Of a DNA stretch of 64,000 bases, positions 1 to 13,829 are shown one piece after another (the stretch's first letter is position 1; every line of letters begins with the position of its first letter). Origin of the DNA: Calcarisporiella thermophila CBS 279.70 (Eukaryota > Fungi > Calcarisporiellomycota). The position numbers were made by a program, and so were the translations under genes. The stretch is taken from assembly GCF_041956535.1 (NCBI RefSeq), contig NW_027192195.1:536150-600149 (forward strand), in the 5' to 3' direction. The notes under the pieces are model-generated. The model did not search any database. It saw only the letters and a program-made list of their open reading frames with translations, and was not told the DNA's origin.

Positions 1-1297
1 TTAGATTCACCTCAAGCCGCATCCCTTATAAAAGCCCATTCCATGTGATCGGAAATAGTATTCCACATTGTTAATATTTGGCATCTTCTGCTTGTTATAT
101 TTGTCGAAGAGCATCCGGAATTGGATCGACAAGGTATTAAGAAGTATTTGCAAGTGTTCATAGATGGCATGGGTGAATATCTCTCTATATTGTAGAGCAG
201 ACGACTAGAAAAATATCAAGAATGTGTCAGAGAGTATTTTAATAGTATCAAATCGATGCATCATTCTCACAAAAAGGGTAGGTATTCGTGCGCGACGTAT
301 TAAATGCTCCTTGTTCCGTACTAGTAATTCGCAATGAGAAATACTCGGAAATTCCAAGCTTAATGGGGATGATCTAAATATTCGATATAGAATAAGTTCA
401 CTGTAATACTCCACAAGAGACTCTATGCATACTTGAAAATATTCTTCAGTGGTACCGGTGTTGGCGTTTTAATGGTATCACTAGTGTTGGAGGGGACAAG
501 AGAATTCAGTCACAATCACTATCATTTGTATACATTAAATAGAAATATGGACGATAAATCACCCCTCCTTAACTTCGCTGGTAATTTTTCCATTAGGTTT
601 AAGTAACGCACGTGAGGAGACTATGTCAACTGTATTCTCAGCGGTTCTTTCGGTAGTATTGGTAGCGGACAATGGAGTGTTAAAGGAAGTGGGCCTATTA
701 AGCCCAATTTTTCTTCGCTTTACTGACGGTATTACTCCTTCTACCGGCTTTACCAGGTTCTCGTTCGATGATTTGAGTGATTCAACTGTAACTAGGTGTC
801 GATCAAACTCAAGTTCATCGCCAACGGAAATAGTGCGACCCTTTGCGAACAAGCTGAGTCCAAAAACATTATTTGATGATTATGAGGAGAAAATCATATA
901 TATATGAATTGTACCTATCGATCTTAGTATTATTGTCATCATATAGAACGATCTGTTGGAGAAAAAATCGCGAGGTGAACAAAAGTATTGGTTATTTGGA
1001 ATGAGTTTATATTAATTAAACAAATGTTATGTGTGAATATAAAATATATATACCTTGGCATTAGAGCTGAAATATTTCAAGAAGCCTAAAGAGAGAAGAG
1101 CGCGGATAATGTTGGATTAGAAGATCATGCACGGAAATGGGAAATATGATTGTGAATGGGATATGAATTCGAAAATAAATTTCAAATGAAAAGTATCCCG
1201 TACCGTCTTGCCACACTTTTGTCTTCTTGTGTTTCTGAGAAGTGTACAGAACAACATAATGTTCAAAAGAATCGTCCGATTCGGAATTCGCTTTCAT
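1..1297 (-). CDS. DUF2439-domain protein (ZGRF1/Mte1-like), 5' part; the gene runs off the left edge
   Basis: Spliced exons read MKANSESDDSFEHYVVLYTSQKHKKTKVWQDG / GFLKYFSSNAK / IVLYDDNNTKIDR / LFAKGRTISVGDELEFDRHLVTVE. This matches the DUF2439 pattern LYT.QK.KK.K.WQDG.L.... Confidence 0.75.
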
Positions 1298-1562
1298 GAC
1301 TCGTGGATTTTCGATCAATCTCAGTGCTGCATTGCTTTAGCACCGAAGCACAGGACAGAGGAGGTTGAAACTTCTCTATTGTATGAATGCATACGCGTAA
1401 AATCGAGTAATATACCAAACCAGTCACAAAATAATTTATTCTTTTTCAATTTACACGATCAATTCAAGATACAAGCTATATAACATATATGATGTAATAA
1501 TAAAAAATATAATGAAATAATATGTATGATACAAAATACACGCAACTATACAATTCACGCTG

Positions 1563-2008
1563 TTACTGCTTATGTACTGTTTGTTTTACCGTTTTCACGG
1601 TCTCTTTTATGTACTCGTTGATAGTGTTGGTGAATTGTTCATCGACAATTTCAGCCTCTTCCTCTTCAAATCTCTTGAGCGATTGAATGCTCTCACGCTG
1701 CAATTCATCGATAGATTTGTCAGGGTTCCTATCAGCCTTGACTACCGCTTCTGAGTGGGAAGCCAGAAGCTCATTCCAATCCTTTACTTTGCCTAAATAT
1801 GGGGGGCCACGTTAGGCTGCCAAATAGTGTGGGGTTAATCTCCTATATACATACTATTTAATAGTTTTCTCTTTTCTCTTTCCAACACCACGGGGTCATC
1901 GTCGCTCATGTGCGAACCAACCGAGTATTGCCTCAGTAATGCAGGTCTAGCAATCGAAAAACGAACAGTAAAATTGGTGGCGGAAACGCAACGGAATCGA
2001 CTCAACAT
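1563..2008 (-). CDS. Small (~127 aa) uncharacterised protein, probably mitochondrial; 2 exons; absent from the ORF track
   Basis: Exon 1 (2008-1855): MLSRFRCVSATNFTVRFSIARPALLRQYSVGSHMSDDDPVVLEREKRKLLN, starting with an Arg-rich, acid-free presequence. A 62-nt GT..CTAAC..AG intron lies at 1854-1793. Exon 2 (1792-1563) continues in frame: SKVKDWNELLASHSEAVVKADR...HKQ*. Confidence 0.75.
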
Positions 2009-2251
2009 TGTGAAAAAAAATGTTCGGGGAAGATAAAAAGTGCTCTTGAGAACTTTTAACGAGGGCTAAGAGAGATAAAAATGATTAGTCTCGTGAGAAA
2101 TTAGCCTAAGTGAGTCGGATTTGATTAGGATTTAAAGAAGATCAATCTAAATATTCACGTGCATAGTATTTTTTTATTTTATACTCAATAGCTTAAACCT
2201 ATCCCCTCTCTCCTGAATTCACCTTGATTGGACATTTATAATTAAACAAAG

Positions 2252-3416
2252 ATGTCATCAGCTAATCAGGAAGTCGGAATGAGCACAGCACAGGCTGTCA
2301 AAGACAAAATTTCTGAAGAGACTAAGCATACGAAGCAGACAACGACGGGTGTGAAGAGTTTCCTTTCGGGGGGCTTTGGAGGGATCATGTGTGTTCTAGT
2401 GGGGTATGTCAGACGCAATCGAAAGATTTAGACTTGACTTTTGGATCTGTTTTATTCATATTTATTCATATTCATATTTCTTGCTCAGACATCCCTTCGA
2501 TCTCGTTAAAGTTCGTCTACAAACTGCACCTGATGGTGTTTATAAAGGTACATTAGACTGTGTCAAGCAGACTTTGGTGAAAGATGGTGTGCGAGGTTTA
2601 TACCGAGGGATGTCAAGTCCACTGGTCGGCGTTACACCCATCTTTGCTGTCAGTTTCTGGGTAAGAGAATTTTCATCATTTTCATTCTTAGAATGTAATT
2701 CATTTCACTCATCTCCTTTTTCCTCCAGGCCTATGACCTAGGGAAAAAAATAGTGTACAGTGCTACTCCTAATAGAGAAAGCCAACAGCTCACTATGGGC
2801 GAAATTATGTTCGCAGGAGGATTCTCTGCTGTTCCCACGACTCTTTTGATGGGTCCTTTTGAGCGCATAAAGGTTATCCTTCAGGTGCAGGGGCAATCTG
2901 GCGAATCCAAATACAAAGGCCCACTTGACGTCATTAAAGCCTTGTATAAGGAAGGTGGTGTGCGCTCGATTTTCCGCGGAACTGGGGCCACTCTCCTACG
3001 CGACGGCCCTGGATCTGCAGCCTACTTTGGTGCATATGAATTGACCAAGAAGCTGTTGACCCCTGCTGGTAAATCAGTAAATGACTTGAATCCTTTGGCG
3101 ACTATGGTCGCAGGAGGTATGGCTGGTGTTGCGATGTGGACCCTTGCGTGCCCAGGTAAATACTACATTTTGTCCTCTACCATACTTTTATTCACGAAGT
3201 TTCCTTTTAGCTGATGTGATCAAGTCTCGCTTGCAATCTGCTCCTGCTGGCACCTACAATGGTACGTTTGATGTTTTGAAAAAGCTGCTCAAAAATGAGG
3301 GACCACGGGCACTTTTCAAGGGACTTGGACCTGCAATTTTGAGAGCATTCCCTGCAAATGCTGCAACGTTTGTTGGAGTCGAGATGAGTTTGAAAGCTAT
3401 GGACAAATTATGGTGA
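2252..3416 (+). CDS. CRC1: Mitochondrial carnitine/acylcarnitine carrier (SLC25A20/Crc1 family)
   Basis: Three carrier signatures ([31 protein letters not shown]), plus [28 protein letters not shown] and [10 protein letters not shown] typical of carnitine carriers; multi-exon. Confidence 0.9.
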
Positions 3417-3938
3417 AAGCAATGTCTATAAATGGCACCTATTCTACTATAGATATTATACTTGACTTTAATACTTTATTCTACTGATATTTCTTTGGAT
3501 GCAAAGCTACAGCCTGGAATTAGTACTATTGTGCATGTTTTTTTTATTGTTTATTTTTTCTCCTATGGAGCTGGAATTTCACATGAAAGGGGTACAAATA
3601 GAGTGTATGGGTGTATATCCCACCAAATGGAATAGATAAATGAACTTAAAATTTTTAAATTGGGATTGAAACTCAACAGTTTGACGATTCAACATTGCAT
3701 TCTCCTCCAATATAGAAGAGTTGTGGGTTGAAGAGAGACTATTTTAGACTAAGGGCAAAATTAGTACTCTAAAGCAGGCTTTATATATATGTAGCTATAA
3801 GATTCATGCTGGTGCAAAGTTATCGTTCCAAGGATCTACAAGTTATACAAATCAAAATAAAGAGGAATGACCATTAAATAAAATAAATAGTTCAGCGTTT
3901 GTAAAGAGTGGTTAAGCAGATAAAAATGAAATAGCAAA

Positions 3939-5217
3939 TCAAATCAGCTTTGCAATGTTCGCATCTATAATCTCCTTCGGATGCACGCGCCGCTCTATAG
4001 CCCCCGCCTTTAACAAGGATTCTACGCAATTTTCAAGTGCCACCTTATTCACTTCCTCCATACCCCCCTCACCTGGATATTTTACCGTTTGTAACCACTG
4101 TATTACGTCTTCTTTAGGATATTTGAATTCCTCCATTAACATGTTCAAAGATTGCCCATTACGGTGTTGCATAAATTCATTGGCGGCCTTATGAAGGGCG
4201 TGGAGAAGGTTATTAAGATTCTGTGTGTCCGCAGCAGAAGAAAGAAGCGAAGTACTGGCAGCAAAAAGGAATGCCGGCCAAGGAGGCGTGATGTCTCCAA
4301 TGCGACGTACTTCGATGGAATCATGATATGGCTAAACATGAATGTAAAGCATTCAGAAATTATATAATTAGCCTTTTTAGCGCAACTGATGTTAAACATC
4401 TCGATATCAACCTTGGTTGTGAAATTCTCCCACAAAAAGAAGTCTGCTCTCCCATCGTTAACACCATCTCGCATTGCCTTAAAATTGTTTAGAACTTCGA
4501 AGCGGAATGGCCGTTTCTTCTCCTCACTTTCAGACAACCAACCTTCGCGGTCAGCCAGGCAATAGGCCATGATATGCGAGCCTGATCCCATGCGGGACAC
4601 GGCCGCTGTTGAGTTGCGTAGAGAGTCGACGCTAGTATGTGGTGCATTCGATCCGGTTGATATGGCCCAGCCTGATAATCCACGTATCCATTTAGTTTAA
4701 TATAAGGCCTAAGTTCTAAAAGGTTGATTCATATTACTCACACAGTGGGGATTCTACATATGTCCCAATGATACGATAAAAATCCTGCCCGTTTGCATAA
4801 CCTATTATTTCAGTATCAGATTGTTAAATTGACATCATTACTTAAGCTGTCAAAGAGGGAAATTTGAAAAGAACCTACCGGCAATTAATCCCTCAGTCAG
4901 TGCAATGGCAACATCGATTGTCTTATCTTTCAATTTTTGAATCATCTTTCATAAATGGCCATTTTAAATTAATAATAGGGTAGAGAATGTCGGAAAACTA
5001 GAATTAAACTTACTTCACCGGTGCCGCCTGGGCAACAGTGCAGCTCAACACATAAACCGAGTTCCTTGAAATACTCTTTGTTCTTAGCAATAAAGAGAGG
5101 GGTGGAGAAATGCTCCGGCACTAAAATCAACGCTACATTAGACCAACGCCTTATCACAATGAATGCCAGTGTAGAATTACCATAACCAATGGTGTATACC
5201 GAATTTTTAGCGACCAT
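3939..5217 (-). CDS. Periplasmic-binding-protein-II fold protein (Ca3427-like / NMT1-THI5-like)
   Basis: Exons give VPEHFSTPL, CPGGTGEM, IDVAIALTEGLIAG, SRMGSGSHIMAY and ADFFLWENFTTK, the motif series of the fungal Ca3427-like PBP2 family. Confidence 0.75.
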
Positions 5218-6099
5218 TTTTCTTGCTGGAATTTGTATAATTCTTCAAAAGATAACCGGGATGATAAATTCATACTTAGTGGCTTATTAATCGATTTTTT
5301 TTTATATTGAAAAGTCACAGTGAAGTTTCATATTCAGCCGTCTTACGGTCGAAGAGCGTATGAACCCTCCTGGAGAATAGCTTCAAAAAATGAACTGGGA
5401 TCACGGAAGATGCACAATACTATCTCGAACGTCGTTAAAATGATATAGCTTCAATATACGCTGATTGATTTGTCTTTTATCAATATGACAGGGCACCCTG
5501 TAACAAATGAAACAATCCTAAATATGCAAGATGATGTTTTGCATATGTCCCAAACTTGTTCCCCGTCGGTTCATTGTATTTTCAAATACGAGAAGACTTG
5601 CAGGGATCATTAGTAAAGCTTTCTACTATTAGCACACTGTATAGCTTTGGTAGCTACCTTATTAATAGGGCGATGTCAATGGTCACTCGCGATTTCTCCA
5701 ATACCCTAAAGAATTATTAATTATGTTAGGTTAAATATAGCTTCGGTGTAATTCACCGGTGTACCGTGATATTCTGGAGACAGTCACACGAGAATATTCG
5801 TGACTGTCCAAGAAAAAAAACTCGAGTTCTTAACTCTTTTTATGGCCCTGAACTGATAACTTTTTCAAAAAGCGATTATTTAAAGCATACTCTTCCTATA
5901 TTTTTTCTCCCTACAATTTGCAGTCTTTCTGGAAATTTGTGTTCTAATCTGATTTTGAAACCGTCTTCTCCTTTGATATTTCTTCCTTGCAAGTTTTGAG
6001 ATTTATCTGTAAGTGCCACCATTGAAAAAAGCTACGCCTACATATTCTTGAACAGCTCAATCATAGCGTTAGATAAACAGTTGCAGCTTCATAGTTTAA

Positions 6100-8496
6100 A
6101 TGGTTGACCGTGGAAAGTCAGAAGTAATGATTGGTGATTACCTGTTGAGCGGAGAGCTTGGTCGTGGATCATTTGCCATGGTTTATAAGGGTGTTCATAA
6201 GGTATGCGTCTTTTTCTTTTCGATTTTGTCCTTTCTTTTCCTTTTTCTTTTTCCATTTGCATTCTAGAGACATTTTTTGTTAATAATATCCTCTTTCTGT
6301 TGGACTTATCTTGTTGATTTCATTGATTATAGAGAACCGGCGAGGTTGTCGCGGTTAAATCTGTACCACGAGAGAAATTCTCAGGGAAAATTCTTGAAAA
6401 TCTGGAACATGAGATTTCAATTTTGCGAAAGATTCAGCATCCAAACATTGTGAAATTGATAGACCATTATGTAGGTTTAATCATTTTATTTCCATGATTC
6501 TTGTTCTTTCAAATTCAATTTGCGAATTTTTAATTTTTAGACAACGGATTCAGGCATTCATCTTATAATGGAATTCTGCGCACTCGGTGATCTTTCATCC
6601 TATATTCGCAAGCATACTCGTGGTTTGAATAGTGCTGCCGCTAAAGCAAAAGACAAGCGGCCAATGGGACTGCCAGAACCCGTACTTCGACATTTCTTAC
6701 GACAATTAGGTAATTTTTAATCAAATACGCGTCTTTCCTAGTAAATGTTATTCTAACACTATATATTTTTCGGATCAGCGTCTGCACTCCAATTCTTAAG
6801 GTCCATGGATATCATCCATCGTGACATCAAACCCCAAAACCTGCTGCTTACCCCTGGGGCTTCTCCTGCCGACTTCCCGACACTTAAAGTTGCTGATTTT
6901 GGTTTTGCACGACCACTCTCGATTCACAATCTGGCAGAAACACTGTGTGGCTCTCCACTGTACATGGCTCCCGAAGTGTTGAGCGGGAATCGATACGACG
7001 CTAAGGCGGATTTATGGAGCGTGGGGGTGGTGCTATACGAAATGCTGACAGGACGACCGCCCTTTAATGCTCAGAATCACGTTGAGCTCCTCAAAAGAAT
7101 TGAGCAACGTGCGGATAAGCTGAATTTTCCACTGGAGGTAGTTGAAGACAAGGCGAAAACGGAGTTGACCAACTTGTCGATGAGATTACTTAAGAGGGAC
7201 CCGGTAGAGAGGATAACCTTCGAGGAGCTCTTTTCAACTGTAATGGGTGAAATGTTAAAGCACCAATCTCTTACACGAGTACCCACCACTTCCCCTGGGC
7301 TCTTACAACTCGTGCGATCAGTGATGATGGTGGAGGGGGGTGAGACTCCGCCCTTCGCTCTATCTTTGCAAACTCTGGAAGAACATGCTCTGGATATGGA
7401 AAAGAGTGGGAAATTGCCGAATATCACGGAACAGCCAAATATTGCACCGTTTGCAGCCGTGCAACCCGAAGCATTCGACTCCAGAAAATTGGCCGAAAGG
7501 AGAACGCCCACCAGAGGTGCAGGGATTGGGCAGTGGCAACGTTGGAAAATGAGAGTGCGAGAAGATGAAGAGGAGGAATATGTCGTTGTAGAAAAGAACG
7601 AGGTAGAAGTTAACGCTCTCGCGGATGAGATTGTCGTGGCTTCGAAGGAGATTGTTGCCGGAAGACCTTCCCATGAGCAGGTGAATTACTTGGTCCCATT
7701 TTCACCCGGTTTAATTGCACCAAGACTATTACCAGGATATTTGGGAAACTTGCTGGTGCCGAGACAAATTCTCCGTGATCCGATTGCGACTAAGCAAACT
7801 TCGCTAATGCGGGCATTAGCTATGGCTGCAAGGCGTCTCTATGGTACGGGCGAAATTGCAAACATATCTGCCGAAAATCTGGAACCAACTCTAGATGCCG
7901 AGGAGTTGACGGCAATTAATGGAATGCGTCTGGCTATTGAGAAGTCGAAGGCGGTGGTGATGGCTTCAGAGGCTCTCCCATCCGTCGCTGAACGCCTGAG
8001 CCTCTACCTCAAAGCTCTTGATATTATTCAATCCGGAATCGGTCTAATCAATGCTTATTGGAGTACATATGGATCGCAGCGCGGAGCATCCATACACCTT
8101 ATCAGCACAGTGCAACTTGCCCGGGATCAATATAATTTATACCTCGATCAAGCAGAGATCGCAACTCATCTTCTTTCTAAGCTGCAAAATTCACAGAACT
8201 TTGGGCAAGCAAGCGAGGGCGCGATATGGGTCGAGAAACTGCTCTTTTATTTGGCGATCAAGTATGGTCGCGAGGCTGCGCTTAATGAGATGGAGAACCG
8301 TTTGCACGAATCGGAGCAAACCTACCAGCGTGTGATATGGTTGCTCTACGCCCTACTTGATGAAGCAGGGCGGGAGGAATTGGGCGAAGCGGAGAGATCA
8401 GCATGTGAGCAATATATCCAAGAGATTGAATTGCGGCTCTCCGGCATTCGGAAGAAATTGGGTGGGGAGCCTGCCAATTCCCTCATTCCACTGTAA
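6100..8496 (+). CDS. ATG1: Autophagy Ser/Thr kinase Atg1/ULK
   Basis: [52 protein letters not shown] and YDAKADLWS; a YVVVEK Atg8-interacting motif; a C-terminal helical MIT-like region; three 5' introns. Confidence 0.92.
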
Positions 8497-8756
8497 TTAT
8501 ATATACTGTATTTTTTGTGTATTCTTTTTCTCTCGTCGTATTTCTGTTGTTTATCTTGCATTTTACTAGCTTTCGCATGTAATTGTACTATTGTTTTGTT
8601 GCATTGATATTGAATGCTTAGCATTTTTTCCCCCCTTAGAAACGACCAAGAATATTCATTATAAGTAGTGAGTGTAATTTTTCTTTTATTATATTTAAAA
8701 TGATTTGAAGTGTTGGTATATATGATGTCGAAACTCTGTACAATAAAAATTCTATT

Positions 8757-9945
8757 TTACTCAGGCTTTTGCATTGCAGTCACCTGAAGTAATCGCTCTC
8801 CCTTATGGAACTGCGCCTTCCCAGTAGAAATATCTAGCTTTGTTTTCAGCGCAATGTCCAAGAAATAAGTTTGAGAACAGAAGATAAGTCGTCTCGATTC
8901 GATATCTAGAGTGGAACCTTTTGTTGACTCCTAAACAACAAGATAATGATATTAAATCAAGGCTACTTGTTTAATAGAGGATTCCTAGCGATGCTTACCA
9001 ACTCAGGCAATTCGATGTTAATGGTCAGCCTACGCTCATTGCTCTCGATTGAATATTTTGGCACCTTCTTTTCTTTTGTTTTCATTTTCCGTTTACTCTT
9101 CTCAGATACTTCGTGGATCATGGCCTCCGACTTCTTCAACCGCAAGACCCTTTTTTCAAGCGGGCCCATTGAACGAGCGTTTCCGATGCCAAAGTCTACA
9201 ATGAGCCGAAGAAAATGGTACACAGCAGTGTAAGGGCGGAAATAGAAGAGATCTTACCGCGACTTATTTTGAGATTGGTTTTCAGCTCCACCCACTCGAT
9301 CGCAAGTTCGATGGTATATAGCCGGTGGTCGAAATCGGACATAGCGCGCTGTAATGGCTTGGGATTGATCACTGCATCAAATATTTGATATTCTCTTCCG
9401 CCTATTCTTCAAAATAGCCGCTTAAAATATAAAGCTCATATGTGCTGAATTCAAAAATGCTAGTAATTACTCTTTTTCCCAATTTGAGGTCCAAACAAGC
9501 TCAATGGCACCATGTACTCTGCATCGGCTGCGCCCTCCAATGCACGTCTCACCTCTTCATCCTTGACAATGGGCGGTGGAGGTATTTCGACTGCACTGCA
9601 TATATTAATAAACACCGGCATTCCTTTGGGAATCTCATTCTTAGTTTCAGCCACTGTTGTCTCAACAACAAACCCTGGTACGGGTTCAATCTCTCGCTCT
9701 ACAATTTCTTCTTCTTCTCCTAGAGATGAGCTACCCGGAGATAATGAGTTGGAGAGGTGTGAGGTAAGGGCAGCCATTGCACTAGGATTTTGAGCTATAT
9801 GAGACGAGAGATCATTGATTAGATCTTCAGGATTCATTTTAGCATCAGGGGATTGAAGCAGGGCATTTTGTGCCTGGATCAGAAATGATGCGAGATTGCC
9901 CGCAGTTTCTGAATCAATATCGAGATCAAGAGGTATTGAGGCCAT
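8757..9945 (-). CDS. PIH1-domain protein (R2TP co-chaperone, Pih1/PIH1D1-like)
   Basis: IEPVPGFVVET, VFINICS..IPPP, VPLSL.GP and DAVINP, followed by a C-terminal CS-like region (LTINIELPEL...AQFHKGERLLQVT). Confidence 0.8.
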
Positions 9946-10105
9946 TATATTGAATTTATGTAAATACTGTAGCTACATGGTCTTTTTGACCAAATTTGAC
10001 ATTTAGGCAGTTAATGTGACTGGCTCGGCGCAGCAAATCAAATAAACACTTAATTCAAACTACCACTATCCTTCCGCGTTACTACTCGAGAACTCAGAGT
10101 TAAAT

Positions 10106-13100
10106 ATGAATCAATCAGGCGAGGCGCCAGGAGGAAAACGTTCCAATGATGGTCAACTGACAGGGCGTGATAAGAAAAGAGGTAAGCTATACTGAAGCAT
10201 TTTTTTATTAAAGGCATTGGCATTTTAGAGCTTATTCTTGTTTCTTATAGCAAAGAATTTTGCCGCCAGGACTATCGAAACTCAACATGGAGAGAGAAGG
10301 AGTGGAACGAATAAATGTAAATTAGAACCGCTACTATTTTTTCATTTTAGCTTTTTTATTTTAATATATATATTTTTTTAATCCTAGTCTCTGCTAATTT
10401 GCCGCGGTCACTTGATGTCGTCGCTTTTGCCGAGGTAACTCTACACTTGTTAGACTATTATTCCACTTCTTACACATTCTTCATCCCAGGCCCGTGCGTT
10501 TGAGATCAATGCTATGCATCAGGCACTTGACCGTGCCAGGTAATTGAAACATTGATATATCCTACCAGCCATGACCTAAAATATCTGATTATTCACTTTA
10601 CATTAGACAATCAGCAAGCACCCGCGCTTTTCAAACCCTCCCCCGTAGTTTACGCCGTCGCGCCGCAAGCCACAATATTAAACGGTTGCCTGTTCGGCTG
10701 AGAAAATGGGCACAAAAAGAGGTAAAGGGAATAGCCGACCTGGACTATCCTACAGTCGTTATAATATTCTAAATCGCGGTAGATGGAGGCAGAAAACACT
10801 CCCAAAAAGAAGGCAAAGAAAGTATGGAAAGGATCGCGACGGCCAGTTGTGAAGGAGTATCTCCGCCGGCAAAGTTAGTTTTTGCTTCAAGCGATATTTG
10901 AATAGTTGATTAATTTCATCCATTCTAGAAAACAAAAAATGGCTCGAGACACATATCTGGCATGCAAAAAGAATGCATATGGTCGAGAAATGGGGATATA
11001 GACTCGCCCTACACCCCACCGACAAGCTTATTAAGGCCACCTATCGCGCCGGTAAGCATCGCGTGTTTTTACATGATGCATCGTATATAGGGTGTATCGA
11101 GCTCCGTGGTCATCAGGCCGACATAGTAAAGGTGATGGATGCAATGACGGATCCAACACAACCATCGATAGGGAGTCAGAGATACATCGGTGGCAAGCGA
11201 CAGTGCACGACCTGGTTACATCGAATTTACTCATATCCATATAACCTTATATGTCCTGCACGTGCCATGTGGCAACCAGTTCCCCACCAGGTCCCGTCTG
11301 CCGTGGATTCTATGCGCACACTATGGCTCTGGATTCACCCCTCGGCCTATGATGAGGCGCAAGATGCCCTACAGCAAGCAGTCGACCATTTCGGACTCAC
11401 TATTGCGCGAAAACACCCTGACAAAAGTGGGGTGGAGGTGACTAGGCGAAAGGGAGATTTTGTCGTGTTTGAGTTTACTGGAGCAGGAAGCACTGCGCTA
11501 TTGCAAGCAGTTTTAAGTGTGTGTGGAGAGACTAGGAATGCAGAGGAAGATTCAGAGGCGCTAGCAGAGGCAGATGGAGATAAGAGGAGTAGGAAGGGAG
11601 GCGAGGTCAAAATGAATCTTGCAGCGCACAAGGCGTGGAAGACGCTAAACCATCTGCGTTCGTCCACCTCGTTGTCTCCAGGAGTCATCCTAGGTTTAAC
11701 CGTGCATGATCCACGTCTGAGGTACGTGAGCATATCTAAGGGAATATTGTGCGAACATCTAGTAACTTTTTTGCCATCTTTTTCTAGTTTCCCCCAAAGA
11801 ATTTCACGTCGATGTGAAAAAATACCCCCTTCAGAGGAGCGAGAACTCCAGCGCATTCTCCTCGAGTGGCCCGAGGACCTTGCATGGACTAGTATATGGG
11901 ATGGAAAAGTGCGCAGTGCACTCACTCGAAATAAACTCTCGGAAAAAACCCTGAATGAACGGCGCTCACAGGTAGGAATGCGATGGTTACGTTGCTTTGC
12001 CTTCTGGAATTAACGCTCTACTTCACAGAATCTGCTACCGGGCACGAAACTTGCTCCGACCACCCAAGATGCACGCATACCCCTCCTCCTCCTTGTACGT
12101 GATGATAGCCATGCTCTCCATACGAGTGCCTCCGCGGAGATGCAGCGAGGTTGGACTTTGATAGCTCCCGCAGGCTGGGGTATGCCATTCTGGAAATCTT
12201 TTGTGTTTGCTGGAGCACGGGTCGGGGGACTAAGAGAATGGGAGAGGGCTAGCTTCGAAGCCGGGATACCCTGTTTCCCCCGCGATTTCCCCGGAACAAG
12301 AGCATATGAGAGTTGGGCGGCAGAGAAGAGAATGGAGGGGGAGCACGAGTGGGGGAAGCGACCGCCAGCAAAACGCATCAATTACGAGAAAATGGGAGTG
12401 GAATCCCCCTTTGAAGCGCCATTTTGGAAGCTGTTTGCCAAAAGCGACGAACGTACGGGAACGCGGGATGGGGAGCGCGAGGGAAATTCAAAGAAATCGA
12501 ACGAGCCCGAAGGCGGATCCGATAAGCCACCCGTATGGCTACTACGCTCTCCGCGGCTAATACGTGCGATAGCATCAGGCCAAAGTATGGGGGAGCTGCA
12601 TAATAAGTTTAGCCAGTGGGTGGAGAAGCGTTTGGGGGACTCTAAAGGCAAGCTAAACCTTGATCTTGGACGGGCTGTTGTTTGGGTTCGTCTTGAGCTG
12701 GAGCGAGGGGTGCCGGGGCCGTTCGCACGTATTCAGTTGCCCGACCGCGAGGAATACGAGCGGTGGTGCAGAAAGGCGCTGAAGGGAGAATATACCGTAA
12801 GTAATGTTAACGGCGCGAATAAGATTGCCGTGGCTGTGTCGATTTTTTCTTATGGAATCCTTGCCCGTTTAGGGTTCTCCGCCAAAGGAGGTGATCGGTT
12901 ACGTGACTACTGGCAATTTCTCATTGGCGGCGGGGCATGGTGTTGTGATCGGATGCTGCTGTGTGACTGGCCTAATTCGTCTGCAGGAAGTCACAAAAAG
13001 GTAAGAATGACTAAAATGTGTCAAAAACTCGGTTGATATTGGGTGGCTTTGTATTACATGGGGAATGCTATCAGCTAAGAGTTGGAATTGGGGAGGGAGG

Positions 13101-13289
13101 CGAGTGCAAAGTTTTGGAGGGGAGGGGAGAGGCCCGCGGGCCGGTGGATCAGCCTCTTTGATTGAATCGATTTGTACTAACGGGTGGTTTTACTGGGGTG
13201 ATAGGGAAAATCGCAAGCCTCTCATGGTCATGGTGCGCGGGAACAATTCGAGAACAAGTCGACCCGCCCTCCTCCGTATTCTGTGCTGA
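10106..13289 (+). CDS. POP1: RNase P/MRP protein subunit Pop1
   Basis: [35 protein letters not shown] and HDASY; POPLD region [15 protein letters not shown]...FPRDFPGT...[10 protein letters not shown]; C-terminal MVRGNNS; many introns. Confidence 0.92.
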
Positions 13290-13829
13290 AAGGAAGGCCG
13301 CGCGGGGGGCCACTTTCAATGCCTTGCGCGATGGGTCGGTGTGTGTAGTGCTCCCTGGGAGAAAAAAAATCCCACACTGTGAAGAGCTTGCTTTGTCAAA
13401 GTTTGAATTCATTTAATCAAGTGAGCGGGCGAAATAAAGCTCTCGGTTACTCTTCTGAAATTGAAGTCACGCTCGCCAATATCTTATGCTTACTCTTGCT
13501 CCACCGCCTCACTTATCTCCCGGGGGGAGAATCTCGAACCTTTTTTTTTTCTCACTAGTCTCCTCCTATATTTAGTCCATATTTTTTCCTCATCCGTCCT
13601 CCTCGCCTTCCTTCTTCTCTACTCTCCTTCTTCTCTTCCTTTCGCCATCTGCACCAGGAGTGTGGGGATATACTGAGTCTATTTCTTAATACGTTAGACA
13701 AGGGAAGTGAGGAGAAAAGAAGGTTTCACGATAAGGTTACATGTTGAAAAGAAAGGATTATTCAGAATTCTTATTCCGTGTGAGACTCCCCCTCTGCCTC
13801 TTTTTTCCTTCCTCTGTTCTCCTTCCACG

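Noticed and set aside
5340-5720. Possible snRNA/snoRNA in the PBP-ATG1 intergenic region (Sm-like ATTTTTTG on the minus strand)
   Set aside because: No U1/U2/U4/U5/U6 signature or paired C/D boxes were found; a U-run alone is not evidence.
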